A stretch of 64,000 nt of DNA, taken from the human T2T-CHM13v2.0 reference genome, Homo sapiens. The stretch lies in assembly GCF_009914755.1 (NCBI RefSeq), contig NC_060939.1; one strand, written 5' to 3'. Positions 1-13,471 of this stretch are shown piece after piece. The position numbers were made by a program, and so were the translations under genes. Within the stretch, counting starts at the first letter, position 1, and each line of letters opens with the position of its first letter. The notes beneath the pieces are model-generated. The model was not told the DNA's origin and made no database searches. It saw nothing but the letters and a program-made list of their open reading frames with translations.

Positions 1-339
1 CAGAATGCATTCAAGATCCCCTTCTCTCTTCAGTTAATAGATGAGGTCTTTAATTGACTGAGAAGCATTTGGGAGAAAAAAAAAAAAACAATCAATGAGG
101 GGCAACTTTGCTAAGTCATCCGATGACTCATGGGAAATCCGGAATTAGAACAAAAAGTAGAGGCAGTTTGGTCAGCAGGGCATGGGGAGGACACGCATTT
201 AAGCCCCATGTATTTTGGTGTGTGGAGACGTTGAAAAAAGAGGTAGGGAGGGTCCTGGAAAGGAACATGAAAGATGCTGAAACCTGAGGGCATCTTAAAA
301 TCACAGGTTCACTCAGTGTCAGAGTGAGATCTGTGAGAA

Positions 340-470
340 CCCTCATTCTAGTCTACACACAGTGAGGCCCAGAGAGGTGAAGTTTCCTGCCCAAGGTGGC
401 CCAGCTCCTGGGTGGATGAGCAGTATTTAAGCACTTGCTTATCTCCTGATTCAGGAGCCACTGACTTTTT
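340..470 (-). mobile_element. MIR SINE fragment
   Basis: gaggcccagagaggtgaagtttcctgcccaaggtggcccagct resembles the reverse complement of the MIR core. Confidence 0.65.
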
Positions 471-1699
471 CCTGCCACCTACCCAATTTCTCTGCCACCC
501 AGAGGGCTCTGTCTGAGCTAAAAGGGTTTATGAGGGTCGGGCAGGGTGGCTGAGCAGCCTTCGCCCAGTGCTCTGAAAATGCTCTGGTTTTTCAAGTCTG
601 CAGCCTCAAAGCGTAGCCTGCAGTAGTTCTCCTGTCTCACCTTCTACTAAAAATGTTCACTCTGAAACTTGTAACAGTGGTGACCTCTGACAAACGGCAC
701 ATCCCAGCTGTTAACATTATTCGGCTTACAACAGAAGTTGCCCTCACGACCCTTGTAGCCAGGCCCAGGGAGGAGGTGACACTGTCAGGGCCAGGCCTCA
801 AGAAGAACAAAGAGAAAAGTCACCTTGGCACTCAAGGTCTGGGAACGGCTGGTGGCTCGATCAGGCTCCCTGCAATCACTCCCTTCTGTAACCGTGGGTC
901 GGAGACATGAATGCTGCCTCTGGACTCGCCAATTAGGCCCAGCCATGGGGCTGCGGAGCCCCACACAAGGAAACCCTATTAGCAATTAGCTGATGGAGGA
1001 TCACTTTATACCAGGGCTTATTTTTAGCACACTGTCACCTTTTCACTGGGGCCAAACCTTTTGTATCCAATCCATACCTGAGTTGCAAGACATTGCATTT
1101 CAAACCTCTGTTAATTGACTTCATTAGTTAATGTGCTGCTCCTTGAATCCCGGGGGTAAATGAGCAGATGAAGAAGACTAATTTAAAGAAAGTCTGCAGA
1201 CAACAGAGGAGGAGGGATGCCCCTGCCCCCACCCTGGCCCCCGTGGAACCCACGTCAAGGAGCATCAGATTCTCCCCAGGCTTAACTCCATTAGTCATCC
1301 CTGAGTCCTCTAATGAACTTAGGTTATTTCCTGTTTTTCCAGGTTTTGATGAAGGGAGCTGTCATAGGAAATATGAAGACTGTGTCTGTATCTGAACCCC
1401 AAAGCAGCTCTCTTCACCAGCACCCCCTTGCCAGCTCATTTCAGTTCAGTTGTTTCACCTCTCAGGCTCCTTGTCTATACATTGGGAAAAATTGCTGCCT
1501 CACCCATTTCTCCCCTTCACACAGCCAGCCAGGTAGTTCTGAGGAGCAAAGCCCTGCTAAGGAGAGTGTGATTAGCTCCCTGGGGTGATAATGGAAGTCA
1601 TTCACTCTGCTTTTTCTTTGTGGCTCCTAAGTTATCAGGACCCTTAAGAGCCAAAATATATGAAAAATTTGTTCTGGAGTTTTAGCCCTCTAAAGGCCT

Positions 1700-2290
1700 C
1701 ATTCATTCCACGTGCACTGAGTCTGTGCCAGGTTCCTTGTAAGCGGACAGGTATAGAGAAATCCCAAACAAGGCCCCCCAAAGCCACAGATGAGTGGCAG
1801 CATCATACAACTTAAATGCCAGGGCCTGGCCTCATCCTAGAACAGCCTCCACCCCAGCGTGGGGCAAGGGGACCACCGTATCAGGTACCTTTTCCTGAAG
1901 GAGGGGCCCTCACAGCTTACAGAACCTTTGCAAACAAAGATTCAGCCAGTGAAGAAAGGGAGATGGCTTTCCTAGGCGTTGAAAAGAGGATGGGGAAAGG
2001 CTGGCACATCTGGGGAAGGGCAAGCAACACTGTTCGGCTGGACATGGTGAACAAGTGTGGACCTGAAGAGGTGGGATCTGGGCAGGTGGGCCAAGGCCAG
2101 ACTGCAGAGAGCCCGGAATCTTTCCTGAATGGGAGGGGAGCTGAGAGGCTACTGGGATTTCAACAAGGGAAGAAGCATGATGAGGCACACGTCTTAAAAA
2201 GATAACTGTGGAGAGAGTCAAGGGCGGAAGGGGCCTGGGCAGGGTGAGCACAGATGCCCTTGGAAGCTGCTGCACCTAGCAGGGCTTGGG
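1700..2290 (-). mobile_element. L2 LINE 3' fragment (degenerate)
   Basis: attcattc...ctgagtctgtgccagg tail motif followed by purine-rich antisense L2-like sequence (ggccagactgcagagagcc...aaaagataactgtgg). Confidence 0.55.
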
Positions 2291-4030
2291 GAGCAAGTCG
2301 CCTGGGCAGGGAGTAATGGGGGCCTAAACAATTTCAATCCGTCATAACATACATTGTGAAGATATGCAAAGCTTTAGAAGTGAGATCCGAAAAGAGAAAG
2401 CAGGCAAACCGAGTACTGGGTGCCTGATTCTAGGAAGGTGTCCCGGTCTGCCAAGTTCCTTCCCAGGCTGAGTCCTGTCACTGTCAAGGCATCTTCCTGG
2501 ATTTGTCAAGTAAGGCTTGAGCTCTGACAGACCTTCTGGAAGAAGTCCATTTTCAGTTTGCCAGACTTAAAAAAACAGTAAGAAAATTGGATCCTAGAAC
2601 TCACTCTGGAGAGCACTGAAATGAACATGTGGGGTCCTATTCAGAACATGTTTGCCTTGAGTGTATGGAATCTGGGTCACCTTCACTGAAAGCCCCTCTC
2701 CCTCGGAGGCTAAGCTGGATTTCTGGGGCCCTCCACTTCTCTCCAGGAAGTGAAGGTAATCATGCGTATGTGTGAGGAGTCAGAGGATGAAGAGTGAATG
2801 AATGGAAAATAACTGATACAGTGTTAGGCTGGGCACAGGAAACGGGAGACCCCTAACAGAGTTCCCTGATTCTTACATGCTTGACATGTGTCCCCTCTTA
2901 CTTCACAGCCACCAACACTAAACACATGCACACGTGCATACATACATGTGCATACACCCACATCTCAGTTCCAACTCTCAGCTAAGAGTTGGCATTTGCA
3001 TTTTGTGAGGTTTTCTTGGGAGGGGACCTTTCCAGAGAGCCACAGATCCCCCTACACTCATCTCTTCTCCTCACCTACCAGCAGGGACTGGCTTGGGCCA
3101 TATAAGCTGGAGGACTCATGTAACTTCTCTTGCTTTAAGGTACTTTGCTGGAGGTGGAGCAATTAATCCACAACTCAGCCCAGGGAAGCAGACAGCAGAT
3201 CGTCATTTCACTAATGAGATTGCTGAGCCGTGGCTCGGAGTGCGTGGGCCTGGCCAGGTGGAGACTTGATGCTGGCAGGAGGGGCGTTAGAATCCTCACC
3301 TACCTAAGCCTGTGGTGGAGCAAACAGCCCTGCGGGACTCAATGCGTGTAACCCTTGGATTTTCACCCAACAGTTCTGCAAGTCTCTTTCCTCAAATAAA
3401 CCATCCCCCATCTGCATAATATGGAAGCTAAGTAGATCGCCCACAAAGAAAAGAGAACAATCCTGTATAAAATGAGGAAGCCAGACTAAATAATTCCAAA
3501 GTGTCTTTAGGCAAATGCAGACCAGAATACAGCATACTGAAGATGGATCCTTCTAGACCCACTCCTTCTGCTTGTCTGGAAAGCCCAGGCCTGCCAGCAT
3601 CAGCGGCGACATTTCAATTCTGCCAGTTTGATCAGACCACGTGGATTTTCTCTCTCCAATACACCAGCTGATAATGAAGAGACAAATGTTAGCTAAGGCA
3701 GCCCTGGTCAATCCCAAAGTCCTTAGATGCAAAAGACAGGGAAGGTGCTAATCATCTCAGGAGGAGACCCCAGACGGGCTCATTAAAACCATTATAAGAA
3801 ATCCCTATCTCCCCCACCACACCTCCAAGGAAACCCTGACCCTGGTGAGTGAGCAGGGATTGCAGGGGCTTCCCTTGCACCAGTTCTTTTGGCTTAGGAG
3901 GGAGGACATGGCCCAGCTCACCCACCACCTGCAGCAGCAACAGCAGCAGCCATTACCTTTGAAATAATCCTCGCTCGCACACCAAGTATTTGTTATGAGT
4001 CTGTGCCTGGAAGTAAATATCACTTCTGTT

Positions 4031-4160
4031 TAGGTGACCATGTGTCCTGGGTTTCCCAGGACAGTCTGGTTTATGCCTGTTGTGCTGACACACATATGAT
4101 TAGTACCTACTGCCATGCTGAAAAGCGTCTTGTTTGGGCAATAATGTATGTGGTTACCTA
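4031..4160. mobile_element. MER94/MER81-like MITE (hAT-Blackjack)
   Basis: 130 bp with terminal inverted repeats TAGGTGACCA...TGGTTACCTA (9/10) and internal ggacagtctggtttatgcctgttgt. Confidence 0.8.
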
Positions 4161-5213
4161 AGCTCTACCAAGCTGTTTCAAAATTGATTGGAGGGAAAAA
4201 AAAAAAAAAAAAACCTATAGCGCCACCAACAATTAAATTATAAGATTATTTTTCCAAGATCACAGTGACTCAAAGTTTTCCCTCATAGATGTTATATATT
4301 TAGTTTGAGGTACTGGTGGGGAGGGGGTCATAAATGCAATTTAGTGTTATAAGATTAGACAAGCAAGAATGGTATTCTGTAGCCTTACGAAATCACAAAC
4401 ACATGTCAGTCGTCAGTTTAACAAAGGATCCTCTGTTTAAAAATAAAATGTTATGCTAAAAACAAATTACATTTAAGTAAGTATATAATTATACTTATTT
4501 TTAAATGCTTTCCTATGAAAAGAAAGGTTTTCCTGTTTTTTTAATGAGATACCATTCGATAATATAAAATTAACCATTTTAAGGTATACAATTCAATAGT
4601 TTTTGGTGTATTCACAGTTGTGTATGACCATCAAGACTATCTAATTCCAGAACATGACCCCAAAAAGAAACCCCATAGCTGTTAGCAGACAATCCAATTC
4701 CCTCTCCTTCATCCCCTGGCAACCACTAATATATTTTCTATCTTGATGACTTTGCCTATTTTGAACATTTCCTATGAATGGAAGTACACTGTATGTGTCA
4801 TTTCATGTCTAGCTTCTTTCTATTAGCATAATGCTTTGAAGGTTAATCCATGAGGTAGCATGTATCAGTATTCCCCTCCTTTTTATAGCTGAATAATATT
4901 CCTCTGCATGGAGATACCACATTTTGCATGCCCATTGATCAGCTAATGGACATGTGGTTTGTTTCCACTTTTTTGCTATTACAAATAATACTGCTATAAA
5001 TATTCAATGTACAAGTTTTCATGTGGACATATGTTTTCAATTCTTGGATATATACCTAGGAATGGAACTGCTGGGTCAAACGGTAACTCTATGTTTAATT
5101 TTTTGAGGTACTGCCAAACTGTTTTCCACAGAGGCTGGATCATTATACATTCCCACAAACAATGATTACGAGTTCTAATTACTTCACATCTTCTTCAATC
5201 TTTCTTATTTTCT

Positions 5214-5272
5214 TCATCATCATCATCATCATCAAGATCATCAACATCATCATCATCACGATCATCAACATC
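5214..5272. repeat. (CAT)n trinucleotide repeat with a duplicated 24-bp higher-order unit
   Basis: (cat)4-caa-gat-cat-caa followed by (cat)4-cac-gat-cat-caa. Confidence 0.9.
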
Positions 5273-6036
5273 GCCAGCCTAGTAGGTATAAAGTAGTACC
5301 TTACTGTGGTTTTGATTTGCATTTTCCTAATGAATAATTTTCATGTGTTCTTTCATGAACATCTTTTTGCAGTGGCTTTTTGTGTATCTCCTTTGAAGAA
5401 ATGTCTATTCACACCCTTTGCCTATTTTATTTTAATTTAATGATTCAGTTGTCTTTTTGTAGTTGAGCTTCAAGAGTTCTTACATATTTTGGATACTAAT
5501 CTTTTACAAAATATCCTATATACAAATATTTTATCCTATTCTATGGGTTGCTTTTCACTTTCTTGGTAGTGTCCATTGATTCACAAAAGTTTTTAGTTTT
5601 GTTGAAATCCAATTTACCAATTTTTTTCTTTTATTGCTTATGTTTTTGGTGTGGCACTTAAGAAACTATTGCCTAATCCAAAGTCCTGCAGATTTATACC
5701 TATGTTTCTTTCTAAGAGATTTATAACTTTAGATTTTACATTTAAATCTTTCGTCTATTTTGAATTCCTTTTTTGTACATAGTATGAGGTAAGGGTCCAA
5801 CATTATTCTTTTGCAGGTGGCTATCCAATTGTCCTGGCAACATTTATTGAGAAATTTCTCTCCCATTTGACACCCTTGTTGAAAATCAATTGACCATACA
5901 TGTATGTATTTCTGTGTGGACTCTCAATTCTATTCCATCGGTCCATATGTCTATCCTTATATCAGCACTACACTGTATTGGTAACTGTGGCTTTGTAATA
6001 AGTTTTGAAATCAGGAAGTGTGAGTCCTCCAACTTT

Positions 6037-6040
<4 letters not shown>

Positions 6041-6071
<31 letters not shown>

Positions 6072-6352
6072 AGACGGAGTCTTGCTCAGTAGCCCAGGCT
6101 GGAGTGCAGTGGTGCGATCTCAGCTTACTGCAAGCTCTGCCTCCCAGGTTCACACCATTCTCCTGCCTCAGCCTCCTGAGTAGCTGGGACTACAGGCACC
6201 CACCACCATGCCTGGCTAATTTTTTTTTGTATTTTTAGTAGAGACGGGGTTTCACCATGCTAGCCAGGATGGTCTTGATCTCCTGACCTCGTGATGCACC
6301 CGCCTCAGCCTCCCAAAGTGCTGGGATTAAAGGCGTGAGCCACCGCACCTAG

Positions 6353-6354
<2 letters not shown>
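6041..6354 (-). mobile_element. AluY-type SINE inserted in L1
   Basis: T30 tail; diagnostic tgcaagctctgcctcccaggttcacaccattctcc; ttgct+T-run on both flanks. Confidence 0.95.
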
Positions 6355-6385
<31 letters not shown>

Positions 6386-6426
6386 TCAAGAATATTTTGG
6401 CTATCCAATGTCCCTTTCATTTTCAT

Positions 6427-6480
6427 TTGAATTTTAGGGTCAGCTTGAATTTTAGGATCAGCTTGAATTTTAGGGTCAAC
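6427..6480. repeat. 18-bp tandem triplication inside L1 ORF2
   Basis: ttgaattttagggtcagc / ttgaattttaggatcagc / ttgaattttagggtcaac. Confidence 0.95.
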
Positions 6481-6810
6481 TGCAAAAAAGCAGCTGGAAT
6501 TTGACAGGATTGCATTGAATCTGTATATCAATCAGGGGAGTATTCTATTTTAATAATATTAAGTCTTCCAATCCATAAACATAGAAGATGATTTCTTTCA
6601 AAACTCTTTTGTAGTTTTCAATGTATAGGACTTTCACTTCCTTGGTTAAATTTATTCATAACTATTTTATAATTTTTGATGCCATTTCAAGTGGCATCAC
6701 TTTCTTAATTTCATGTTTGGATTTTTCATTGTAAGTGTATAGAAAGACAACTGATTTTTGGATATTGATCTTATATCCTACAACTTTGTTGAACTCATTA
6801 ACTCTAATAA

Positions 6811-6855
6811 TGTGTGTGTATGTATGTGTGTGTGTGTGTGTGTGCACGTGTGTGT
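6811..6855. repeat. Interrupted (TG)n microsatellite
   Basis: Read directly from the sequence. Confidence 0.95.
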
Positions 6856-7042
6856 TTCTTTAGGATTTTTTAGAAAATCATGTCATCCACTAATAGAGGT
6901 AGTTTTAACTTCCTTCTTCTAATCTGGATTCTCTCTTTCTCTCTTCCACTTCTCTCATTTCTAACTCTCTTTCTCACCTAATTGCCCTGGCTAAAATTTC
7001 TAGTAAAATGTTGAATAGAAGTGGTGAGAGAAAACATCCATA

Positions 7043-7234
7043 TCATGTTTCTGATATTACAGGGAAAGCTTCCAGTCTTTCACAGTTAAGTATGATGTTA
7101 GCTGTGGGTTTTTCATAGATGCCTTTTATTAGGTTTAGGAAGTTCCCTTCTATTTCTAGTTTGTTGAAAGTTTTTATCACGAAAGGATGTGAGATTTGGT
7201 TAAATCCTTTTTCTATATCTATTGAGATGATCAC
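7043..7234 (-). pseudogene. Dead L1 ORF2 reverse-transcriptase fragment
   Basis: MIISIDIEKGFNQISHPFVIKTFNKLEIEGNFLNLIKGIYEKPTANIILN matches the L1 RT region; neighbouring frames are broken by stops and frameshifts. Confidence 0.9.
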
Positions 7235-10107
7235 ATGGGTTTTCCCCTCTTCATTGTATTAATATGGTATATTGCATTGATTGACTTTCATATGTTGAAC
7301 AAACTTTGCATTCCTGGGATAAATTCCCATTAGCTATAATGTCCAGCCCTTCTAATATGCTGTTGGATTCTGTTTGCTAGTATTTTGTTGATAATTTTTG
7401 CATTTATATTCATAAGAGATATTAGCCTGTAGCTTTCCTTTCTTGGGATACCTTTTTCTGGTTTAAGTATCAGGGTAATACTGACCTCACAGAATGAGTT
7501 AGAAAGTGTTCCCTCTGCTATTTTTTTGGAAAGATTTTGAGAAGGATTGGTGCTAACTTTTCTTTAAATGTTTGGTAGAATCCATTGATGGAGTCATCTG
7601 GTCCTGAGCTTTTCTTTGTTAGAAGTTTTTTCTCGCTAACTCAATATTTACTTTTATAAGTCTATTCATGTATTCTATTTTATCTTGAGTGTCAGTTTTG
7701 GTAGTTTTTATATTTCTAGGACTTTGTCCATTTTATGTAGGTTATCCAGTTTGCTGGTATATAGTTGCTCATTATATTCTCTTAAAATCCTTTTGTATTT
7801 CTGTAAAATTGGTGGTAATGCCCTTCTCTCATTTTTTAATAACTTTACTACTTTCTTTTATTTCTCTTCATCAGACTAGCTAAAGGTTTGTCAATTTTGT
7901 TAATCTTTTCAAATAACCAACTTTTGGTTTTGATGATTTTTTTTCTATTATCTATTCCATTGATCACAACTCTAATCTTTATTATTCTTTTCTTCTGTTT
8001 GCTTTAGGCTTAGTTTGCTTCTCTTTTTCTAGTAACTTAAGGTGGTTTAGGTTATTGAGTTCAGATTTTTTTTATGTAGGTCAGGTGTCATAGTGACAAA
8101 CTATCTCAATTTTTATTTATTTGGAGGTTTCTTAATTTCTCATTCACTTTTGAAGGATAATTTTGCAAGATACAAAATTCTTGGTTTACAGTATTTTTTT
8201 TTTTTTCAGCACTTTGAATGTCATCACACTGCCTTTGGCCTCCATGGTTTGTGATGAGAAATCAGTTGATAATTTTACTGAGGATTTCTTCTATATAATA
8301 AGTTGCTTCTCTCTTACTGCTTTTGAGATTCTCTATTCGTCTTTGATTTTCAACAGTTTGATTATGATGTATCTCAGTGCAGATCTATTCTAGTTTATCT
8401 TACTTGGAGTTCATTGAGCTTTTTGTATGTATAGATTGATATTTTTTATCAAATTTGCAAAGTTTCACCATTATTTCTTCAAATCATGGTTCTACCCCTT
8501 TCTCTCTCTTCTCTGAGACGCTCTTTATGGGTGTATTGATGGGCTTAATGTCCTCCGGTCTCCTAGGCTCTGTTAATTTTTCTTCATCTTTTTCTTTCTT
8601 GTTCCTCTGACTGGATACTCTCAATTTACCTGTTTCAAGTCTTCTCATTCTTTCTTTGGTCTGTTCAAATCTTCTGTTAAGCCCCTCTAGTAATTTTTTC
8701 TTTTAGTTATTCTACTTTTCAATTCCAAAATTTCTATTTGGTCCCATTTTATAATTTATATCTCTTTATTGGTATTCACTATTTGGTGAGGTATTGCTCT
8801 CATAACTTAACTCTTTAGACTTAGTTTCAGCTTTTTGAATATATTTACAATAGCTGATTTAAAGTCTTTGTCTAGTAATGAACTCGTTTTCACTTTCTCA
8901 CTTTCTCAAAGACAGTTACTGTTGATTGCTTTTTTTTTTTCTCCTGGTATGTGCCACTGATGTTTCTTTGCATGCTTTGTAATTTTCTAATTGAAAATTG
9001 AAGATTTTGAATATCATAACCTGGGAATCAGATTCTCCCTCCTCTCCATGGTTTGCTATTATTGCTGTTATTTTATTTGTTGTTTATTCACTTTTCCGAA
9101 TTACTTCCATAAAATCTGTATTCTACGTCATGTGTAGCCACTGAATGCTTAGTTAGCTTAGTGGCCAATTAATATTTGAATAGAAATATCCTTCAACACT
9201 TGGAACTAATAAATCATCCACTCCTAGCCAAGGGGCTCTGTGTCCATTGTGTGTGGGGGTGGGAGGATACCTTCAACACTCAACCAGGCAGTTTACTACT
9301 CAGCCTTTGCCTTCACTTCCTGATTATGCGTAGCCTAATGGCCAGCCAGAGTTAAGAGACTGGGGCCTGCCTGCATTTTTCCTGAGTGTGTGCACAGCCC
9401 TGGACGTGTGAATGTTCTTCTAAAATCTTAAGAACATGTAGGACCTTTTCAAAGACCTTATTCCCTACAGCATGTCATTCCCTAGACTTTGCTTCCAAGT
9501 TTTTTGGCTAGTCTATTGTTTCCCCCAATTGTTATCCATTGCCTTAGACAGTAGAGAAGAATGTTTAGACCGTGCTCCCTTGGGAGCAGCTTAGTATAAA
9601 GCAAGTTCTCAGTCAGGAGAGATAAAAACATGTGTCTAGTAGCATGTCTTCAAGGCAGCCACCAGATAGATCAAATTAGAATTTTCTGTAAATAAGGTCC
9701 ATTCTGCTCCCTCATATGCCTGCACTGGGAATGTGGGTTGTTATTTCAAGGCTGCTGCTGAGCTGGGGATTGGAGTATGGGATTCAGATAAGTTAAGACA
9801 CCACAGTTTTGCTTTTTTCATTAAGAATTGACTAAGGTTTTTTGTTTTTGTTTTTAAATAAATGCTTCCCAGAGTACTTCAAGTATTTGGTTACATTCCA
9901 GAGTTCTGAAAAAGCACATTCTGATGGTTATTGCCACTTTTTTTCTAGCTTTTATAGAAGGGTGAACTTTTGGGATTCCTTATTCCACCAGTTTCTCTGA
10001 CATTACTTGTTGTTTTGTTTTGTATTTTCATAAAGGCGAGGCACCTCCTGCTTCTCCTGGATGTCATGGGAAGCCAGCTACCTTTATAGACCTTGAAGAA
10101 GACTGGC

Positions 10108-10130
10108 GGGTGGGGAGTGGGGGTTGGGGG
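10108..10130 (+). other. Canonical G-quadruplex motif
   Basis: GGG-T-GGGG-AGT-GGGGG-TT-GGGGG. Confidence 0.7.
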
Positions 10131-10138
10131 TTTCTAGG

Positions 10139-11049
10139 TATAAACCAAAAATTAAATTCTTAGTGCCACCCCCTACTACAACCAACTGAATGGCCCCTCC
10201 TCTCAGCCAAAGGGATTTCAAAGAAACCTGCAAAACTAGTTCAGGCCATGATAGGAAGGAACCAGGAAAGAGTGGTTGGACATGTTTCATTATACTCTGT
10301 TCCCTTTGGCATCCAGGCACAACTGACCAGCATTAACAATAAAACAGAGATCTTAAGACTAACAAAATAGACTCTTTGTAGCAATAAGATACCAAATTCC
10401 AGCCTGATTCTAGTATAGCATCACATGACATAGCAGGTGCTGAAAGTATCAAAGTGTTTTACCCCAAAATATATTTCTTTGTCACATTTTGAAATAGCCC
10501 TGCAAAGCTGTCTCTGGTGGGGAAAATTTACATTCTACAGAGAATCCTCTTCCCTTTCTAGTTTTTTCCTGATCTGGGAGAGATTTTAACTAAGAGTCTG
10601 ACACCTTTTAAGGTCTGATGAGAGACATACACCCTCTATTCTGTCTGAAGCCTGCTACCCAGAGGCTTCATCTACATAATAAGAACCTTGGTCTCCATAA
10701 ACCTTTATCTTAACCCAGACACTCCTTTCTATTGATTCCAGGTCTTTAGATAAGAACTCTTTCAACCAATTGCCAGTCAGAAAATCTTTGAATCCACCCA
10801 TGACCCATAAGCTCCCACTTTGAGTTGTCCCGCCTTTCCAGACTAAATAAACGAATGAATACATACCTCAAATGCACTGATTGATGTCTTATGTCTCCCT
10901 AAAATGTCTAAAACCGAGCTGCAACCCAACCACCTTGAGCATATGTTCTCAGGACCTCTTGAGACTGTACCTTGGGCCATGGTCATTCATATTTGATTCA
11001 GAATAAATCTCTTCAAATATTTTACAGAATTTGGAACTTTTTGTAAACA
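10139..11049 (+). mobile_element. ERV1 solo LTR, MER4 family (MER4D-like)
   Basis: Starts tataaaccaaaaattaaattct, ends tttgtaaaca; AATAAA at 11002-11007; 4-bp TSD TAGG/TAGA; 911 bp. Confidence 0.9.
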
Positions 11050-12231
11050 TAGAGAAGAGGCAGAATTCATAATTTTTGATTTGTATATTTCATAGCAAAA
11101 TTGTAACTCTGCTGTGTTTTTAACTCCTAAATACTCCTGGATTGGTAATATACTGGGGATAATACCAAAAACTGTTTCGGAGAATGTTAGTAGGATAAGA
11201 ACCAAGATGTGAAGAACAATTACAGAGTTTCTCATATACAATTATTTTCTGATTCACTTTATAAGAACATGTAGCACCCCGATTGAGTAATGATAATTAA
11301 CAAGATGCTTTTGTTCCTTTAGGTTTTAAAAATTACACTTTCCCTATGAAACTAGATTTAAGCAATGGAATATCTTCAGGATAATACTCACAAAGAGAGG
11401 TTGGAGAAGGGTGCATTCTACGTATATTTTTGTTGTTTTTAAAAAAGAATCGTGACAATAGTAATAGCAATTAATTGCTTTTACCAATAATGCTACTAAT
11501 TATTTTAATTATTTAATATTAGTATAATAATAATAGTTATTATTATAATTACTACTGACAGTTACCTACTTACAAGTCTTATTGGAGAGAGTGGGGGAAT
11601 GTGGACACATAAATACACACTATCTAATGTCTACAAACAATTTACACAATATAGGAGGTAACATACACAAATAATAAGGTACTGTCTGTAATAACCAGTG
11701 CTACTCAAAGTTCATTTGGAGCAGAGCTGATTTGCAAGCTTGTTGTTATTGGTTTGAGACAAGATAAATACAGAAATTGAGAGTAGTGTTTAGAAACTTA
11801 CAGCACTTTGACAATGGGGCACATCCCCTCCAAAGTGAAATGTGTTGTCTGTGACGTTTAATAATAATAAGCCTGGGCTTGGACTACATATGTCTTTTTT
11901 TTTTTTTTTTTTTCCTGTTTCATTCTTCTGGTAACTCATTTTGATTATTTCCTTCTTTAACAAAAGTATTGGTCTGCAATAAATTGGGAGGGAGAGGGGA
12001 GGAACTAGTTCTTCACTATAGACAAATGTCAGTTTAGAAGATCTATGCTGTTTGGTTTGGGAAATGAAAGGTTTGGGCTACATTTATTGTTTGAATTTGG
12101 AGGGACAGAGAGATTACTAGGGACTAGAGTGGTTTGAGCAGGATTTATGGAACAAGTGTGACTTCACATTGTTACAAATTATAGGTGAAGAATGAAGGAA
12201 CATTCCAGGATCAAGTTTCCTAAAATTTGGA

Positions 12232-12275
12232 AATAAACTGTGGAAATTCTCCTAAGGTTTGTATCTTTCTTGTCT
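12232..12275 (+). terminator. Candidate polyadenylation site
   Basis: AATAAA at 12232-12237, followed ~20 nt later by a GU/U-rich element (ggtttgtatctttcttgtct), in non-repeat sequence. Confidence 0.35.
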
Positions 12276-12535
12276 GAATCTAAGAATCTTTTTCTATTAT
12301 GATGAGTGAGATCAGGAAATGAATTAAAATATTTTAATTTCCTCCTTGGTTTTGAAGTTCTTTAAAGAAGGGATTTAGAATTTAAATAGTATGGTTATTA
12401 GTATCTTTGAGTGAAGGAGAAAGCGTAAATTAAATGTCTTCTCATTTTTTAAATTAGGTAGAAAAGCTTACTCCCACTTAAGAAAAAGAACTAAATTAAA
12501 ATTCGTTTCGCCCTGAGAGCAATCAGTATATCTAA

Positions 12536-12979
<444 letters not shown>

Positions 12980-13192
12980 GACATGTTTTATTTAAATCAA
13001 GGAGTTCTCAAAAATTAAGAGTTTATCTGAAGATTTAAATTAAAACTTCCACAGTATTTGAAGGCTGTGGGAACCACAACTGATCCGAATCAAGTTACTT
13101 AAACTTAGCAGTGAAAAGTCCCCGGGCCCTAAGAAGCTAAGACTTCCTGGTGGTCCCACAGCAAGACATAAGTAGGTGGGACTAGAATATAG

Positions 13193-13471
<279 letters not shown>

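Larger units (their letters stand above)
4535..10007 (-). mobile_element. Near-full-length L1MB-type LINE-1 (L1MB4-like 3' end), decayed, with internal deletion near 8070 and an Alu insertion
   Basis: L1MB 3' UTR at 4535-5100; ORF2 peptides in the track (MIISIDIEKGFNQISHPFVIKT..., [33 protein letters not shown]); ORF1-like 8080-9000; L1M4-type 5' end (ttccagagttctgaaaaag...ctgacattac) ending ~10007. Confidence 0.9.

Noticed and set aside
1816-2275. Overlapping 129-aa and 121-aa ORFs
   Set aside because: They lie within a degenerate L2 fragment and are chance open frames.
3930-3950. Short CAG/CAA run suggesting polyglutamine
   Set aside because: Only about 6 units and not in a credible coding frame.
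11523-11547. 11-bp AT hairpin; also 8-9-bp stems near 53830 and 54125
   Set aside because: Low-complexity or chance-level stems that are not pre-miRNA-like.
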